NCBI GenBank assembly: GCA_963668545.1
Contig: OY764868.1
Coordinates: forward strand, 3,312,578-3,376,577
DNA length: 64,000 bases
DNA from: Spirochaetia bacterium
Lineage (GTDB): Bacteria; Spirochaetota; Spirochaetia; CADAEX01
Direction of reading: 5' to 3'
Below are positions 29,204 to 38,635 of the stretch, one piece after another. Below the pieces are notes generated by a model. It did no database searches. It was not told the origin of the DNA and was given only the letters and a program-made list of their open reading frames with translations. The translations under genes were made by a program, and so were the position numbers. Each line of letters opens with the position of its first letter. The stretch's first letter is position 1.

Positions 29204-30118
29204 CTATTTTGAAAGGTTAAAATCTTTTCCCCAGTCAAAAATGTTTTCAATTAAACGGCTTACAGGTTTTTTCATGATCTTCTGCGAATTGTATGCAAGA
29301 TAAAACTTCCTTTTAAGCTCGGGATCATTAATTCTCACAGCGTGGATTTCCCCCCGTTCAATTTCATTTTTAATAACATTTTCTGCTATAAATCCGAATC
29401 CCAGCCCTCTTTTTACAAAGTTCTTCAGCATTTCACTGTTTGAAAAATCACCGGTAACATTAACAGTTATTCTGTTTCTTGAAAGGAATTTTTTTACTGC
29501 TTCTATGGTTCCGCAGTTTTTTTCCATAAAAAAAACATTCTCAAGTCCGTTAATCTCCTCTGGTTCTGCTACATTTTTATTTGAAAATTTACTGTCCCTG
29601 GGACATATGAGAACAATCCTGTCTTCAAGTATCTCATTTACAGTCAGGCAGGAATCCTTTATTTTCTTTGAAAGGATTCCGAAATCGCATTTGAGATCAA
29701 TTAAATTCATGATGACCTGACTGTCCGGGAGTATATCAAGAGATACATAATTCTCAGGATTATCAGCAAGAAAATCGGGGTAAATATAGGAAAAATAATG
29801 TATTGCAAATGTTTCGGTTGAATATATTTTTATCCGGTTCTGATTTTTTTTTATCAGATCATTTATTGCTGCAGTTATTTTTATTTCATTTTCAAAAAAA
29901 TCCTGTGCAATCTCAAATATCCTGTTTCCCTCGTTTGTCAATTCCACATTTTTTTTACTTTTATTGATTAAAGATAACTGAAGTTCGTTCTGAAAATCCT
30001 GGACCTGTCTGGTTACAGTAGGCTGTGATGTTTCAAGATATTTTGCAGCATTACTGAAACTCTTAAACTTTGCAGTATAATAAAATGTTTTAAGCAAGTT
30101 TATATTCATACAAGCCAC
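29204..30118 (-). CDS. LysR-family transcriptional regulator
   Basis: N-terminal wHTH (NINLLKTFYYTAKFKSFSNAAKYLETSQPTVTRQVQ) plus a LysR substrate-binding domain. The start may be the MNINLL Met at 30109. Confidence 0.8.
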   Translation of the reverse strand: MACMNINLLKTFYYTAKFKSFSNAAKYLETSQPTVTRQVQDFQNELQLSLINKSKKNVELTNEGNRIFEIAQDFFENEIKITAAINDLIKKNQNRIKIYSTETFAIHYFSYIYPDFLADNPENYVSLDILPDSQVIMNLIDLKCDFGILSKKIKDSCLTVNEILEDRIVLICPRDSKFSNKNVAEPEEINGLENVFFMEKNCGTIEAVKKFLSRNRITVNVTGDFSNSEMLKNFVKRGLGFGFIAENVIKNEIERGEIHAVRINDPELKRKFYLAYNSQKIMKKPVSRLIENIFDWGKDFNLSK

Positions 30119-30268
30119 CTCTTATATATATTTACATAATCCCTGGAATAAATACCTGAATTCAATACCTGGAGAATTTGTTAACAACTTAAATAAATAT
30201 TACCTCATTTACAATAGGACAGACACATAATAGTAGTTTATATATAAATTATTGCAAATTAAAAAATT

Positions 30269-31747
30269 CTAACAGCTGATTATCCTGTCAACAGTTTTTT
30301 CCCACCTTTCAAACTTACGTACATTATCCATATTTATTTCATTTTTAATAACAGTCTTTTGTTTTTTAATCTTTTTTATCTGTTCAGGATCTGACCAGAG
30401 TCCCAGTCCCAGCCCGGCAAGATAACAACCGCCGAGTGCTGTTATTTCACTCTCTTCCGGCCTGATTATCTCAATACCTGATAACCTCGAAAGATAATCT
30501 GTCAGAAAAGCATTATTGGTCACCCCCCCGTCTATAGACAGGGATGAAATTGACTGTATTCCATTTTTCTCAATCAGTTTGACTATCTGGTAGATACGGA
30601 ATGCTATTGACTCAAGAACAGCTTTAACCAGCTGATTCCTCCCTGTATCAAGCCCCATACCTGTAAATGCGGCATTGCTTTCTGTTGTCCAGTATGGGAC
30701 TGACAGGCCGGCAAGTGCCGGAACAAAAAACACATCACTGTCAGGTTCTTTCACTATTTCTGCAAGTTCGCTGTTTGATTCAAACAGCCCTATCTTGTTT
30801 TTAAGCCAGTCAACTGCTGATCCTACTGTATATATTCCGCCGTCAATAATATAACCTTTTTCATCTCCCAGCTGGGGACAGACAGTTGTAATAAGTTTTT
30901 CCTTTTTTAAAGGTATTTCCGGACCGACATTAACAAGCAGGAATCCCCCTGTCCCCAGTGTGAGCTTGGCTTCCCCCTTATTAAAACACCGGTGCCCGAA
31001 CAGGGCAGACTGCTGATCAACAACTGAAGAGATAATGGGAGCTTCTATTCCTGAACAGATTTCCGGATCGGTTATTCCATACTCGAAAACTGTTGAGGTT
31101 ATATCAGGAAGAGAATTTCTGTTTAATCCGAAAAAATCAACAAGTTTTTCATCCCATCTGTATTTTTCAATATCAAAAAGAAGTGTCCGGGACGCTGTTG
31201 TCACATCTGTGAAATAATTTTTCTTTTTTACCAGTTTATTAATAAGCCAGACTTCAGAAGTTGCAATAATAAGGTTGTCTTTTTTATTTTCAGAATCTAT
31301 TTCTTTGACATTATCTATAAGCCACTTCATTTTGGGAGCTGAAAAATAGGAATCCAGAAAAAGCCCTGTTGTTTTTTCAATATATTTTTCAATATCCGGA
31401 TTTCCGTAGATTTTCAATTCCTCTGAAGTTCTGTTATCCTGCCAGACAATGGCATTATAAAGGGGCTTGAGAGTTGTTTTGTTAAACGGAATAATTGTTT
31501 CCCCCTGATTGTCTATTGCAACAGCAATGATTTCTTCAGGAGAAACATCAGTGTTTATAAAAACATCTTTAATTCCATCAACAATGCTTGAGAAAAGATC
31601 CTGAGGGATATGTTCAACCCAGTTTCTTTTTGGTGTAATTGTTTTAAATGGTTTTATGATTTTTATTTTCTCATTACTTTCCAGATCATAGAGGACTACT
31701 TTTGTTGATGTTGTTCCCTGATCAATAGATAAAATATATTCATTCAT
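30269..31747 (-). CDS. FGGY-family carbohydrate kinase, glycerol kinase (GlpK)-like
   Basis: Blocks closely match GlpK: ILSIDQGTTSTK, NWVEHIPQDLF, YNAIVWQDNRTSEEL, FLDSYFSAPKMKWLIDN. Start set at the MNEY Met (GAGGT RBS); the track ORF extends to 31780. Confidence 0.8.
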   Translation of the reverse strand: MNEYILSIDQGTTSTKVVLYDLESNEKIKIIKPFKTITPKRNWVEHIPQDLFSSIVDGIKDVFINTDVSPEEIIAVAIDNQGETIIPFNKTTLKPLYNAIVWQDNRTSEELKIYGNPDIEKYIEKTTGLFLDSYFSAPKMKWLIDNVKEIDSENKKDNLIIATSEVWLINKLVKKKNYFTDVTTASRTLLFDIEKYRWDEKLVDFFGLNRNSLPDITSTVFEYGITDPEICSGIEAPIISSVVDQQSALFGHRCFNKGEAKLTLGTGGFLLVNVGPEIPLKKEKLITTVCPQLGDEKGYIIDGGIYTVGSAVDWLKNKIGLFESNSELAEIVKEPDSDVFFVPALAGLSVPYWTTESNAAFTGMGLDTGRNQLVKAVLESIAFRIYQIVKLIEKNGIQSISSLSIDGGVTNNAFLTDYLSRLSGIEIIRPEESEITALGGCYLAGLGLGLWSDPEQIKKIKKQKTVIKNEINMDNVRKFERWEKTVDRIISC

Positions 31748-31968
31748 ATGAACCTCTAGATAATTGTTGGAAATTTCCATGTACAGTCTGTTTTAATACT
31801 TTTTTATATCAGGTTCTTTTCAATCCGCAGCTCCATAAAAGATGGATGCTTTTACTGAAAAATATTTTATAAAAACACAAAGAATCGGTACTTCTGCAGA
31901 AGAAACTACAGAAGTTTCCAATTCAGTATAACAATGCCAACAGAAAAATTAAACTTCTCTGAATTTCT

Positions 31969-33294
31969 CTATTTTGCAAAATACAGGTCAGGCAGCCATG
32001 TTGCAATTCCAGGGAAAATAATAAGAATTGCGATGGTTGCAATCATAAGCAGTATGAAAGGAACAATGGAACGGTAGATATCGCTTAGTGTGATTTCCTT
32101 AGGTGCCATTGCCTTCATAAGAAACAGGTTATATCCAAACGGAGGTGTCAGGTAAGCTATCTGACATGTTATTGTATAGAGAACTCCGTACCATATCGGA
32201 TTAAAACCCATTTTAACTACCAGCGGTATATAAAGCGGAGCTACAATAATAAGCATTGCAGTATCATCCAGAAAGGTTCCAAGAAGCAGGAATGAAACCT
32301 GCATGGCAATAATAGTACCTATAGGGCCGAAACCATGACTTAAGAACAGTGATGCAATAGCATGGACAGCTCCAAGACCGTCAAAAATACCTGCAAAAGC
32401 CATTGCAGACATTGCAACCCACATGAACATAACACTGACACTTACTGTCTGTGTCAGAACTTTGTTCAGAATTTTCCAGTTGAATCTTTTCTTGATAACT
32501 GCTGCAATTACAGTTGCAATTGCACCTATAGCAGAACTCTCAACAAGGCTTGTTACTCCCAGAAGAAAAAGACCTGACATCATTAAAATGATAAACAACG
32601 GAAGAAGACCGCCCTGAAGAGCTTTAACCCTTTCTTTAAACGGAAGGTCCCATTCTTCTTTCGGCAGTACAGGTCCCATTTCAGGCTGAAAATGACATCT
32701 GACAATAATATATACAATGAACATTCCAGACATAAGAAGACCGGGAAAAACACCGGCAAGCCATAGATGCCCTACCGGCTGTCTTGCAATCATTCCGTAA
32801 AGAACAAGAACTACACTTGGAGGAATCAGAATGCCGAGAGAACTTCCGGCCTGGATTACTCCTGTTACCATTTTTTTATCATAGTTCCTCTTAAGCATTT
32901 CCGGAAGAGCAACGCTGCTTCCTACACTCATCCCGGCAACACTTAAACCGTTTATTGCGGATATAACAGCCATCAGACAAATAGTCCCGATTGCCAGCCC
33001 CCCTTTCAGAGGCCCTGTTAGAATATGTATCAGTTTATACAGATCTTCTGATATTTTTGATTCAGAAAACAGGTATCCGATAAATACAAAAATAGGAAGT
33101 GTTACGAGGGGATACCAGTTGATAAGTTTGAAAGCAGAATGGAACCCCATCTCCATTCCGCCGGCACCCCAGAGAGCTATGGCAAAAATACTTGCAACTC
33201 CCCCGATAACAGCATATATATGACGTCCTGACAAGAGAGTAACAAACATGGTAAGAAACATTAATAATGCAATATACTCATAACTCATCATCAA
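31969..33294 (-). CDS. dctM: TRAP transporter large permease subunit (DctM family)
   Basis: 441 aa, about 12 TM helices. Overlaps the dctQ stop. Confidence 0.9.
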   Translation of the reverse strand: MMMSYEYIALLMFLTMFVTLLSGRHIYAVIGGVASIFAIALWGAGGMEMGFHSAFKLINWYPLVTLPIFVFIGYLFSESKISEDLYKLIHILTGPLKGGLAIGTICLMAVISAINGLSVAGMSVGSSVALPEMLKRNYDKKMVTGVIQAGSSLGILIPPSVVLVLYGMIARQPVGHLWLAGVFPGLLMSGMFIVYIIVRCHFQPEMGPVLPKEEWDLPFKERVKALQGGLLPLFIILMMSGLFLLGVTSLVESSAIGAIATVIAAVIKKRFNWKILNKVLTQTVSVSVMFMWVAMSAMAFAGIFDGLGAVHAIASLFLSHGFGPIGTIIAMQVSFLLLGTFLDDTAMLIIVAPLYIPLVVKMGFNPIWYGVLYTITCQIAYLTPPFGYNLFLMKAMAPKEITLSDIYRSIVPFILLMIATIAILIIFPGIATWLPDLYFAK

Positions 33295-33832
33295 ACCTCC
33301 AGTCTTTAATCCAGGATGTATCTTTACCGAATGCTAAAACAATATCCTTGATAATCTCAGAAATATTCTGCAGAAGCATCAGCGCTATACCTGCAGTAGC
33401 AATAATTTTCATCGGGGCTATAGGCGGCGCCCATGCTGAATAATTAGTCTGATTATACTTAAGTGCATATGCTGAGCTTGAAAAGCCTCCGATTAAAAGC
33501 CATATTAAAAATGCAAGGCTTAATGCAAAAGTAAGAATATCAAAGACAGTTTTTTTCCTCTGTGACCATTCATGATAAAAGTAGTCCATACGAACATGCC
33601 CGCCTATCAGATATACATAAGCTCCGCCCAGCAGATAGTAGGTTCCGTTAATAAACTGAGTAATTTCCAGAGACCACTTATTTGAAACATTAAAAAAGTT
33701 TCTGCATGCAGCTTCATATGCCAGAACTGCAATCATCAGCAGAACAAGAAACTTTATTACATTGCCGATTGCCGCGCTTATGGAATCTATAGACTTTACA
33801 TATATTTTTATAGGCTTCATTATAAAATCCAT
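33278..33832 (-). CDS. dctQ: TRAP transporter small permease subunit (DctQ family)
   Basis: 184 aa, 4 TM helices. RBS AGAAGGA upstream. Confidence 0.8.
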   Translation of the reverse strand: MDFIMKPIKIYVKSIDSISAAIGNVIKFLVLLMIAVLAYEAACRNFFNVSNKWSLEITQFINGTYYLLGGAYVYLIGGHVRMDYFYHEWSQRKKTVFDILTFALSLAFLIWLLIGGFSSSAYALKYNQTNYSAWAPPIAPMKIIATAGIALMLLQNISEIIKDIVLAFGKDTSWIKDWRFDDEL

Positions 33833-33840
33833 TTCTCTAT

Positions 33841-33888
33841 TCCTTCTAAAAAATTATGCTGTATCTTTGCATAATGCAAAGATACAGC
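33841..33888 (-). terminator. Intercistronic hairpin plus U-tract between dctP and dctQ (attenuator-like partial terminator)
   Basis: Perfect 13-bp stem gctgtatctttgc / gcaaagatacagc with a 5-nt loop. On the minus strand it is followed by AAUUUUUU and then the dctQ RBS. Confidence 0.55.
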
Positions 33889-33944
33889 CAGGGGATATTT
33901 TAAACTGTTAAAAATCAGATTAAAATATCAAGGTTTTATTCTTA

Positions 33945-35036
33945 TTATCCGCCTGTGTAAGGTGCGCCAGCTTTCTGCCTGATTTCAGCGTATTCTTTGA
34001 ATGCGTCAATAATTCTTTTTGATCTCGGGCTTTTCTTTGAAAATTCATCCCAGTATTTAGCTGCCTGAGCTTCTACACCTGTCCACTGATCTTCAGGAAT
34101 TGAAGTAAGTTCCATTTTTGCACCTTCAGCTCTGTACTTTGCTTCTCCCCACCAGTACCAGTGAAGTCTGTAGTAGTTGGAAGCCTGAATTGTCATTTTT
34201 AACAGTCTCTGGAGGTGATCAGGAAGAGCTTCCCATGATTTTGTATTAACAAAGAAACCGCCTGACCATGCACCTGAAATCGGGTTTGTCAGGAGGTAGT
34301 CACAGACATCTGCTATCCCTGTTGTATAAAGTTCTGTTGCACCTGACCATGTAACACCGTCAAGCATACCAGTCTGAAGAGCCATCTGTACATCTTCTAC
34401 AGGCATTACTACAGGAACAATCCCGTATTCTGCTTCAAGGAATTTACCATTGAAAAGAGAAGTAAAAAGTCTTAATCCCTTAAGATCTTCTACACTTCTT
34501 ACAGGTTTTGTACTTGCAACAAGACAGGGGTCCCAGCTTCCCTGAGAAAGCCATGTTACACCTTCAATCTCATCATAAGCTTCCTTCCATATTTCGTTCA
34601 GGCCGTATCTGTTCCATAAAACATCAATATCAAGACCTATTCTTCCTGCTGCAGGAAAATAAGCTGAGAATGTTGCAACATCTGCTGGTGAACCCATTGA
34701 TTCATCATCACTGACAGCCATATCTACAGTACCGCTCTGAACAGCATTAAAGAGTTCTCCGTGAGGTACCAGCTGGTCTGCTCCGAAAATTTCAATTACC
34801 ATTTCACCGTTTGCAATCTCATTAAATTCTTTAATCATATTGCCGATAACATCATCATTCATTGAAGGTCCGCAATATGTCTGAAGCCTCCATCGGATTG
34901 TTTCCTTCTTTACATTTTCCCCTGCATCACCTGATCCTGCATTATTACCGCAGCCGGTGAAAATCAAAGAAGCCATTACTACCATTGCAGTAAGTACTGC
35001 AACAATGAAAAATTTTTCAACTTTCTTGTTTTTCAC
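33945..35036 (-). CDS. dctP: TRAP transporter substrate-binding lipoprotein (DctP family)
   Basis: Lipobox LIFTGCGNN followed by a DctP-type SBP. Confidence 0.85.
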   Translation of the reverse strand: MKNKKVEKFFIVAVLTAMVVMASLIFTGCGNNAGSGDAGENVKKETIRWRLQTYCGPSMNDDVIGNMIKEFNEIANGEMVIEIFGADQLVPHGELFNAVQSGTVDMAVSDDESMGSPADVATFSAYFPAAGRIGLDIDVLWNRYGLNEIWKEAYDEIEGVTWLSQGSWDPCLVASTKPVRSVEDLKGLRLFTSLFNGKFLEAEYGIVPVVMPVEDVQMALQTGMLDGVTWSGATELYTTGIADVCDYLLTNPISGAWSGGFFVNTKSWEALPDHLQRLLKMTIQASNYYRLHWYWWGEAKYRAEGAKMELTSIPEDQWTGVEAQAAKYWDEFSKKSPRSKRIIDAFKEYAEIRQKAGAPYTGG

Positions 35037-35156
35037 ATAATCCCCCTAACCAAACTTAAAAATTAAAATATTAACAGACCAGTACAAGCCTGTTTCGAGA
35101 AATCAGCAATTAACGGATTACACGATAACTGCTGATTGCAGCCAAACTAATAATTC

Positions 35157-36260
35157 CTATTTTTCCGACATATCCTTAAAGACCTTTTCCAGAACTTTTA
35201 CAAAGCCTCTGCAGTCATCAGGAAAAATCTGACCCATATTTGCTATCTGGAACATGTTTTTCTCAAGAAAAGGACCTTTCCCCAGATATAATACATATCC
35301 TTCCTCTTCCATCTTATCAATGAAATCATGAACAGGAATTGACAGGGGAAGAAAAACAGATGTTACTGTACTTGCGGAGATACTTTCATCCAGAAGTATT
35401 CTGAGCCCCATTTCCGCAACATGCTTTCTGATTATTCCGGCATTTTCCCTGTATCTTGCAATGCGGTTTTCAAGCCCCTCTTCCAGCAGTTCCCTGACAG
35501 ATTCAAGGAAGGTGTTGAACATAACAACAGATGGTGTATTAAGTGTCTGATTGATCGATTCTGCAATTTCAATATGTTTCTGGAGCCTCAGATAAACATT
35601 TCTGACAGGTGTATTTTTTATTTCACTGATTCTGTCCCTTTTTACAACAACAAAAGAAGCCCCCGGCTGCCCGCCGACCGCCTTGTTCGGAACACCTGAA
35701 CAAAAATCAACACCCCAGTCATCAAGTTTAATTGCCTCCCCCCCTACAGCGCTTACTGCATCAAGATGAAAAAGAACATTGTATTTTTTAGTGAGTTCTG
35801 CCACTTTTTCAACAGGATTAATCATGCCTGAACTGGTTTCATGCATTACCATCAGCAAGTGTGTAACTGAAGAATCATTTTTAAGTACATCTTCTATTTT
35901 ACTAATATCCGGGTATTCCCCCCATTCAAAATTTACCACAACACTGGGAATATTGTAACAATCAACAAAATTTACAAGTCTGCTTCCGAATTCACCATTA
36001 CTGATAACCAGTGCTTTTGAACCTTCTGAAAATACTGAAGATATTACGCATTCATTGGCAGCGCTTCCGGATCCTGTAAGAACAACTGATGTATAGTTCT
36101 TTTCGGAAGCATTTACTATTTCAAGTATACCCTGTCTCAGTTCAGAGTATATTTTTTCAAAATCTCCCCTACGATGACACAAATCAGGGATCAGCGCAGC
36201 TTTCTTTACTTTTTCAGTAGTTAAAACCGGCCCCGGTGCAAATAAGTATTTTTTCTGCAT
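35157..36260 (-). CDS. Class V aminotransferase (PhnW / serine-pyruvate (AGXT)-like, PLP-dependent)
   Basis: N-terminal YLFAPGPVLTTEKVKKA is the hallmark of class V AGXT/PhnW enzymes. Size (367 aa) fits. Confidence 0.75.
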   Translation of the reverse strand: MQKKYLFAPGPVLTTEKVKKAALIPDLCHRRGDFEKIYSELRQGILEIVNASEKNYTSVVLTGSGSAANECVISSVFSEGSKALVISNGEFGSRLVNFVDCYNIPSVVVNFEWGEYPDISKIEDVLKNDSSVTHLLMVMHETSSGMINPVEKVAELTKKYNVLFHLDAVSAVGGEAIKLDDWGVDFCSGVPNKAVGGQPGASFVVVKRDRISEIKNTPVRNVYLRLQKHIEIAESINQTLNTPSVVMFNTFLESVRELLEEGLENRIARYRENAGIIRKHVAEMGLRILLDESISASTVTSVFLPLSIPVHDFIDKMEEEGYVLYLGKGPFLEKNMFQIANMGQIFPDDCRGFVKVLEKVFKDMSEK

Positions 36261-36498
36261 TATAACTCCATAATCCGCAGCATTTATTCTTTTCAGCCAT
36301 ACCAGGACTGTGTTATAACTTCCGCTGCGTCATATTCTTTAATAAATATTAATATTTATATATGAATAATAACAGCGGCTCAAAGCTCCTGTCAAGCTTT
36401 ATATTCTTTTTTTAATAATGTTATTTATATATGTATATTTATAATCCGGTCATATCTGTAAATTGACAGCAGGAGATTTTCAATATTAAAATAAAGAG

Positions 36499-38616
36499 AT
36501 GAATTTTCAAAACAATTATCAGCCTGTTAACAAATACAGGCAGAAAATACTGGATGCTCTTCTTAAAAGCGGACTTATTCTTTCATCTGTTGCCCTTGTT
36601 CCCTCAATGATTGTTTCAATTATTCACAGCAAACTTTACATAGGGATAGTAAACACTTTATTTGCAATACTTTTTGTCAGCCTGTCATACTTCAGTAAAC
36701 TAAGTTATAAAATAAAATCAGCTGTTATTCTTATTATCATCTATATTACTGCTGTTAATGTTTTAATGAACTACGGTTTTATAAGCGGGGCACCTGCCTG
36801 GTTTTTTTCTGTTGCAGTAATAGCAGCTTTACTGCTGGGAATTAAAGCAGCAGTTGTTTCTGTAATAGCCACATCACTTACACTGATAATCGCAGGTTAT
36901 ATTATTAATCTACAGATATTTGACAGTTTTCCTTTTTTCATCAGCACGACACACGCTTATGCTGCTCTCGGCAATTACATTCTTTTAAACGGAACTGCTT
37001 CAGTTACTGTTGCTGTTCTTTTAAACAGGCTGGAGGGGAGTGAATATCAATACAGAATAATTACAGGTAACATTGAAGAAATAATATGGATAATTGACAA
37101 CAGCATGTCTGTTACATATATGAATCCATCTGTCAGGAATATTACCGGAAAAGAAGCAGAGTTTTTCCTGAACAGAAGTATCAGGGATTTTATTGACTCT
37201 GATGAACTTGTCTCAGAGATATCAGACATTCTGGGAAACAAAAAATCAACTTCTCATCTGGAACTTGAATACAGAAATTTTCAGAATGAAAATTTTATCC
37301 TGGAAATAAATATTGCAGGAAATGATGAAAAGAAAGGGAAAAGCATAACAGGGATTATCCGGAATATCACTGAAAGGAAAAAAGCCCAGCAGCAGATTGT
37401 ACAGAACAGAAAAATGGATGCGGTGGGGGAGCTGGCAGGAAGTGTCGCCCATGAACTGAACAATATTCTCTCAGGAATTGTGGGATATCCAGATCTCATG
37501 CTCATGGAAATGGAGAAAAGCAGTAAATACTATTCTTTTATAAGTGAAATAAAAAAAGCAGGAGAAAGGGCGGCAGAAATAATCCAGGACCTTTTAATAA
37601 TGACAAAGAAAGGGATATTTCATATTGAACCTCTTTATATCAATGAAGAAATACTGGCAGCAGTCAATACAGATATTTTTCAAAACCTTAAAAAAGATCA
37701 TCCTGAAATAACTCTTATCCCGGAACTGGATAGCAACAACCCATTAATATCCTGCAGTAAAATCCATCTGAAAAAATCAATATCCAATCTGATAATCAAT
37801 GCTTATGATTCTATCAGAGGAACAGGTGAAGTAAGAATAAAAACAGAAAGTATAATCCTTGAACACTCCTGTCCTTCAAGATTCTGCACTGTTCCCGAAG
37901 GAGAATATTGTCTTTTTTCAGTTACAGATAATGGAACAGGAATAAATGAAACTGATATTGAACATATTTTTGAACCATTCTATACAAAAAAGATACTGAA
38001 AAAGCAGGGAACCGGTCTCGGAATGACTGTAGTATGGGGCACAATAAAAGAATGCGGGGCATTTATTGATATAAAAAGCGCTCAAGAAAACGGTACTTCA
38101 ATATATTTGTTTTTTCCTCTGATAAAGATGATGAGGGAAAAACAGAAAGAACCTGTTTTTATGGATTTATTAAAAGGGAACAGGGAAAAAATACTTGTTG
38201 TTGATGATATGGAACAGCAGAGAATAATGGCAGGGGAAATGCTTGCTAAATTAAATTACAGCACATCTGCTGCGGAAAACGGGGAAGCTGCCCTTAAAAA
38301 ACTCATGAACGAAAACTATGACCTTGTTCTCCTTGATATGAATATGGGGGAAGGAATGGATGGTCTGGATACCTGCAGGGAAATAATGAAAAAAAATCCG
38401 GGACAGAAAATCGCAGTTATAAGCGGCTACTCTGAATCGGAAAGGCTCAAACAGCTCCTTGATACAGGCAGTATTTTATACATGAAAAAACCATATACAA
38501 TAAAAGCACTCTCAAAACTTGCAGCTGAATCTCTTAAAAAACCGGCCCCGGAAATAAATCCGCAAAGCCGGCTGAACTCTGAATTGACAGGTTCCGGAAC
38601 ATCCGGAACCTTATAA
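36499..38616 (+). CDS. Hybrid sensor histidine kinase (multi-TM sensor, PAS, HisKA, HATPase_c, C-terminal receiver)
   Basis: About 6 N-terminal TM helices. H-box SVAHELNNIL. G-boxes (DNGTGI, GTGLGM). C-terminal REC with ILVVDDMEQQ and DLVLLDMNM. Confidence 0.8.
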   Translation: MNFQNNYQPVNKYRQKILDALLKSGLILSSVALVPSMIVSIIHSKLYIGIVNTLFAILFVSLSYFSKLSYKIKSAVILIIIYITAVNVLMNYGFISGAPAWFFSVAVIAALLLGIKAAVVSVIATSLTLIIAGYIINLQIFDSFPFFISTTHAYAALGNYILLNGTASVTVAVLLNRLEGSEYQYRIITGNIEEIIWIIDNSMSVTYMNPSVRNITGKEAEFFLNRSIRDFIDSDELVSEISDILGNKKSTSHLELEYRNFQNENFILEINIAGNDEKKGKSITGIIRNITERKKAQQQIVQNRKMDAVGELAGSVAHELNNILSGIVGYPDLMLMEMEKSSKYYSFISEIKKAGERAAEIIQDLLIMTKKGIFHIEPLYINEEILAAVNTDIFQNLKKDHPEITLIPELDSNNPLISCSKIHLKKSISNLIINAYDSIRGTGEVRIKTESIILEHSCPSRFCTVPEGEYCLFSVTDNGTGINETDIEHIFEPFYTKKILKKQGTGLGMTVVWGTIKECGAFIDIKSAQENGTSIYLFFPLIKMMREKQKEPVFMDLLKGNREKILVVDDMEQQRIMAGEMLAKLNYSTSAAENGEAALKKLMNENYDLVLLDMNMGEGMDGLDTCREIMKKNPGQKIAVISGYSESERLKQLLDTGSILYMKKPYTIKALSKLAAESLKKPAPEINPQSRLNSELTGSGTSGTL

Positions 38617-38635
38617 AATCCTTACAGTTATTTGA

